Source: Leucoraja ocellata (Eukaryota). From it: 64,000 bases of DNA. Every line of letters starts with the position of its first letter. Within the stretch, counting starts at the first letter, position 1. Positions 63,883-64,000 of this stretch are shown piece by piece. A model generated the notes under the pieces. It worked only from the letters and a program-made list of their open reading frames with translations, searched no databases and was not told the DNA's origin. The DNA is taken from positions 930,001 through 994,000 of the forward strand of contig JAWMAR010000618.1 in the NCBI GenBank assembly GCA_036785375.1. The letters run 5' to 3'. A program made the position numbers and the translations under genes.

Positions 63883-64000
63883 AGGTTACACAGAAAAGCT
63901 GGAGAAACTCAGCGGGTGCAGCAGCATCTATGGAGCGAAGGAAATAGGCAACGTTTCGGGCCGAAACCCTTCTTCAGACTGATCAGGGGTGGGGGTGGGT
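63883..64000 (-). mobile_element. Penelope-like 3' end with hammerhead motif (63948-63979), runs off window
   Basis: Near-identical to 18296-18415. Confidence 0.8.

Overview
Vertebrate, repeat-dense non-coding DNA; the repeat families (V-SINE/HE1-type SINEs, CR1, Rex1/Babar, L2, Neptune-type Penelope) suggest a cartilaginous fish (inference). There is a 200-N gap at 4735-4934. I recognise no host protein-coding exon. The only long real ORFs belong to a young, nearly intact DIRS1-type tyrosine-recombinase retrotransposon (46882-51672, minus strand). It has gag, RT/RNaseH/methyltransferase-like pol with a single +1 homopolymer frameshift, a tyrosine recombinase (YR), perfect inverted terminal repeats (ITRs) and an internal complementary region (ICR). 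A second, decayed DIRS lies at 32316-37022. Both empty sites can be reconstructed and show crossover at AAT in an AAT|CAC context. The most notable signal is a set of self-cleaving ribozyme motifs on short mobile elements: (i) a 138-bp element flanked by a target-site duplication (TSD) that begins exactly at G1 of a near-canonical HDV-like ribozyme (52516-52653), with a degenerate relative at ~30400 and a weaker candidate at ~28800; (ii) many minimal hammerhead motifs in Penelope-derived ends and fold-back insertions, one cassette of which was captured by a PIF/Harbinger MITE. Eight Harbinger-type MITEs (seven with 3-bp TSDs, one truncated) and several other palindromic elements are also present. 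All family assignments come from motif recognition by eye, not database searches.
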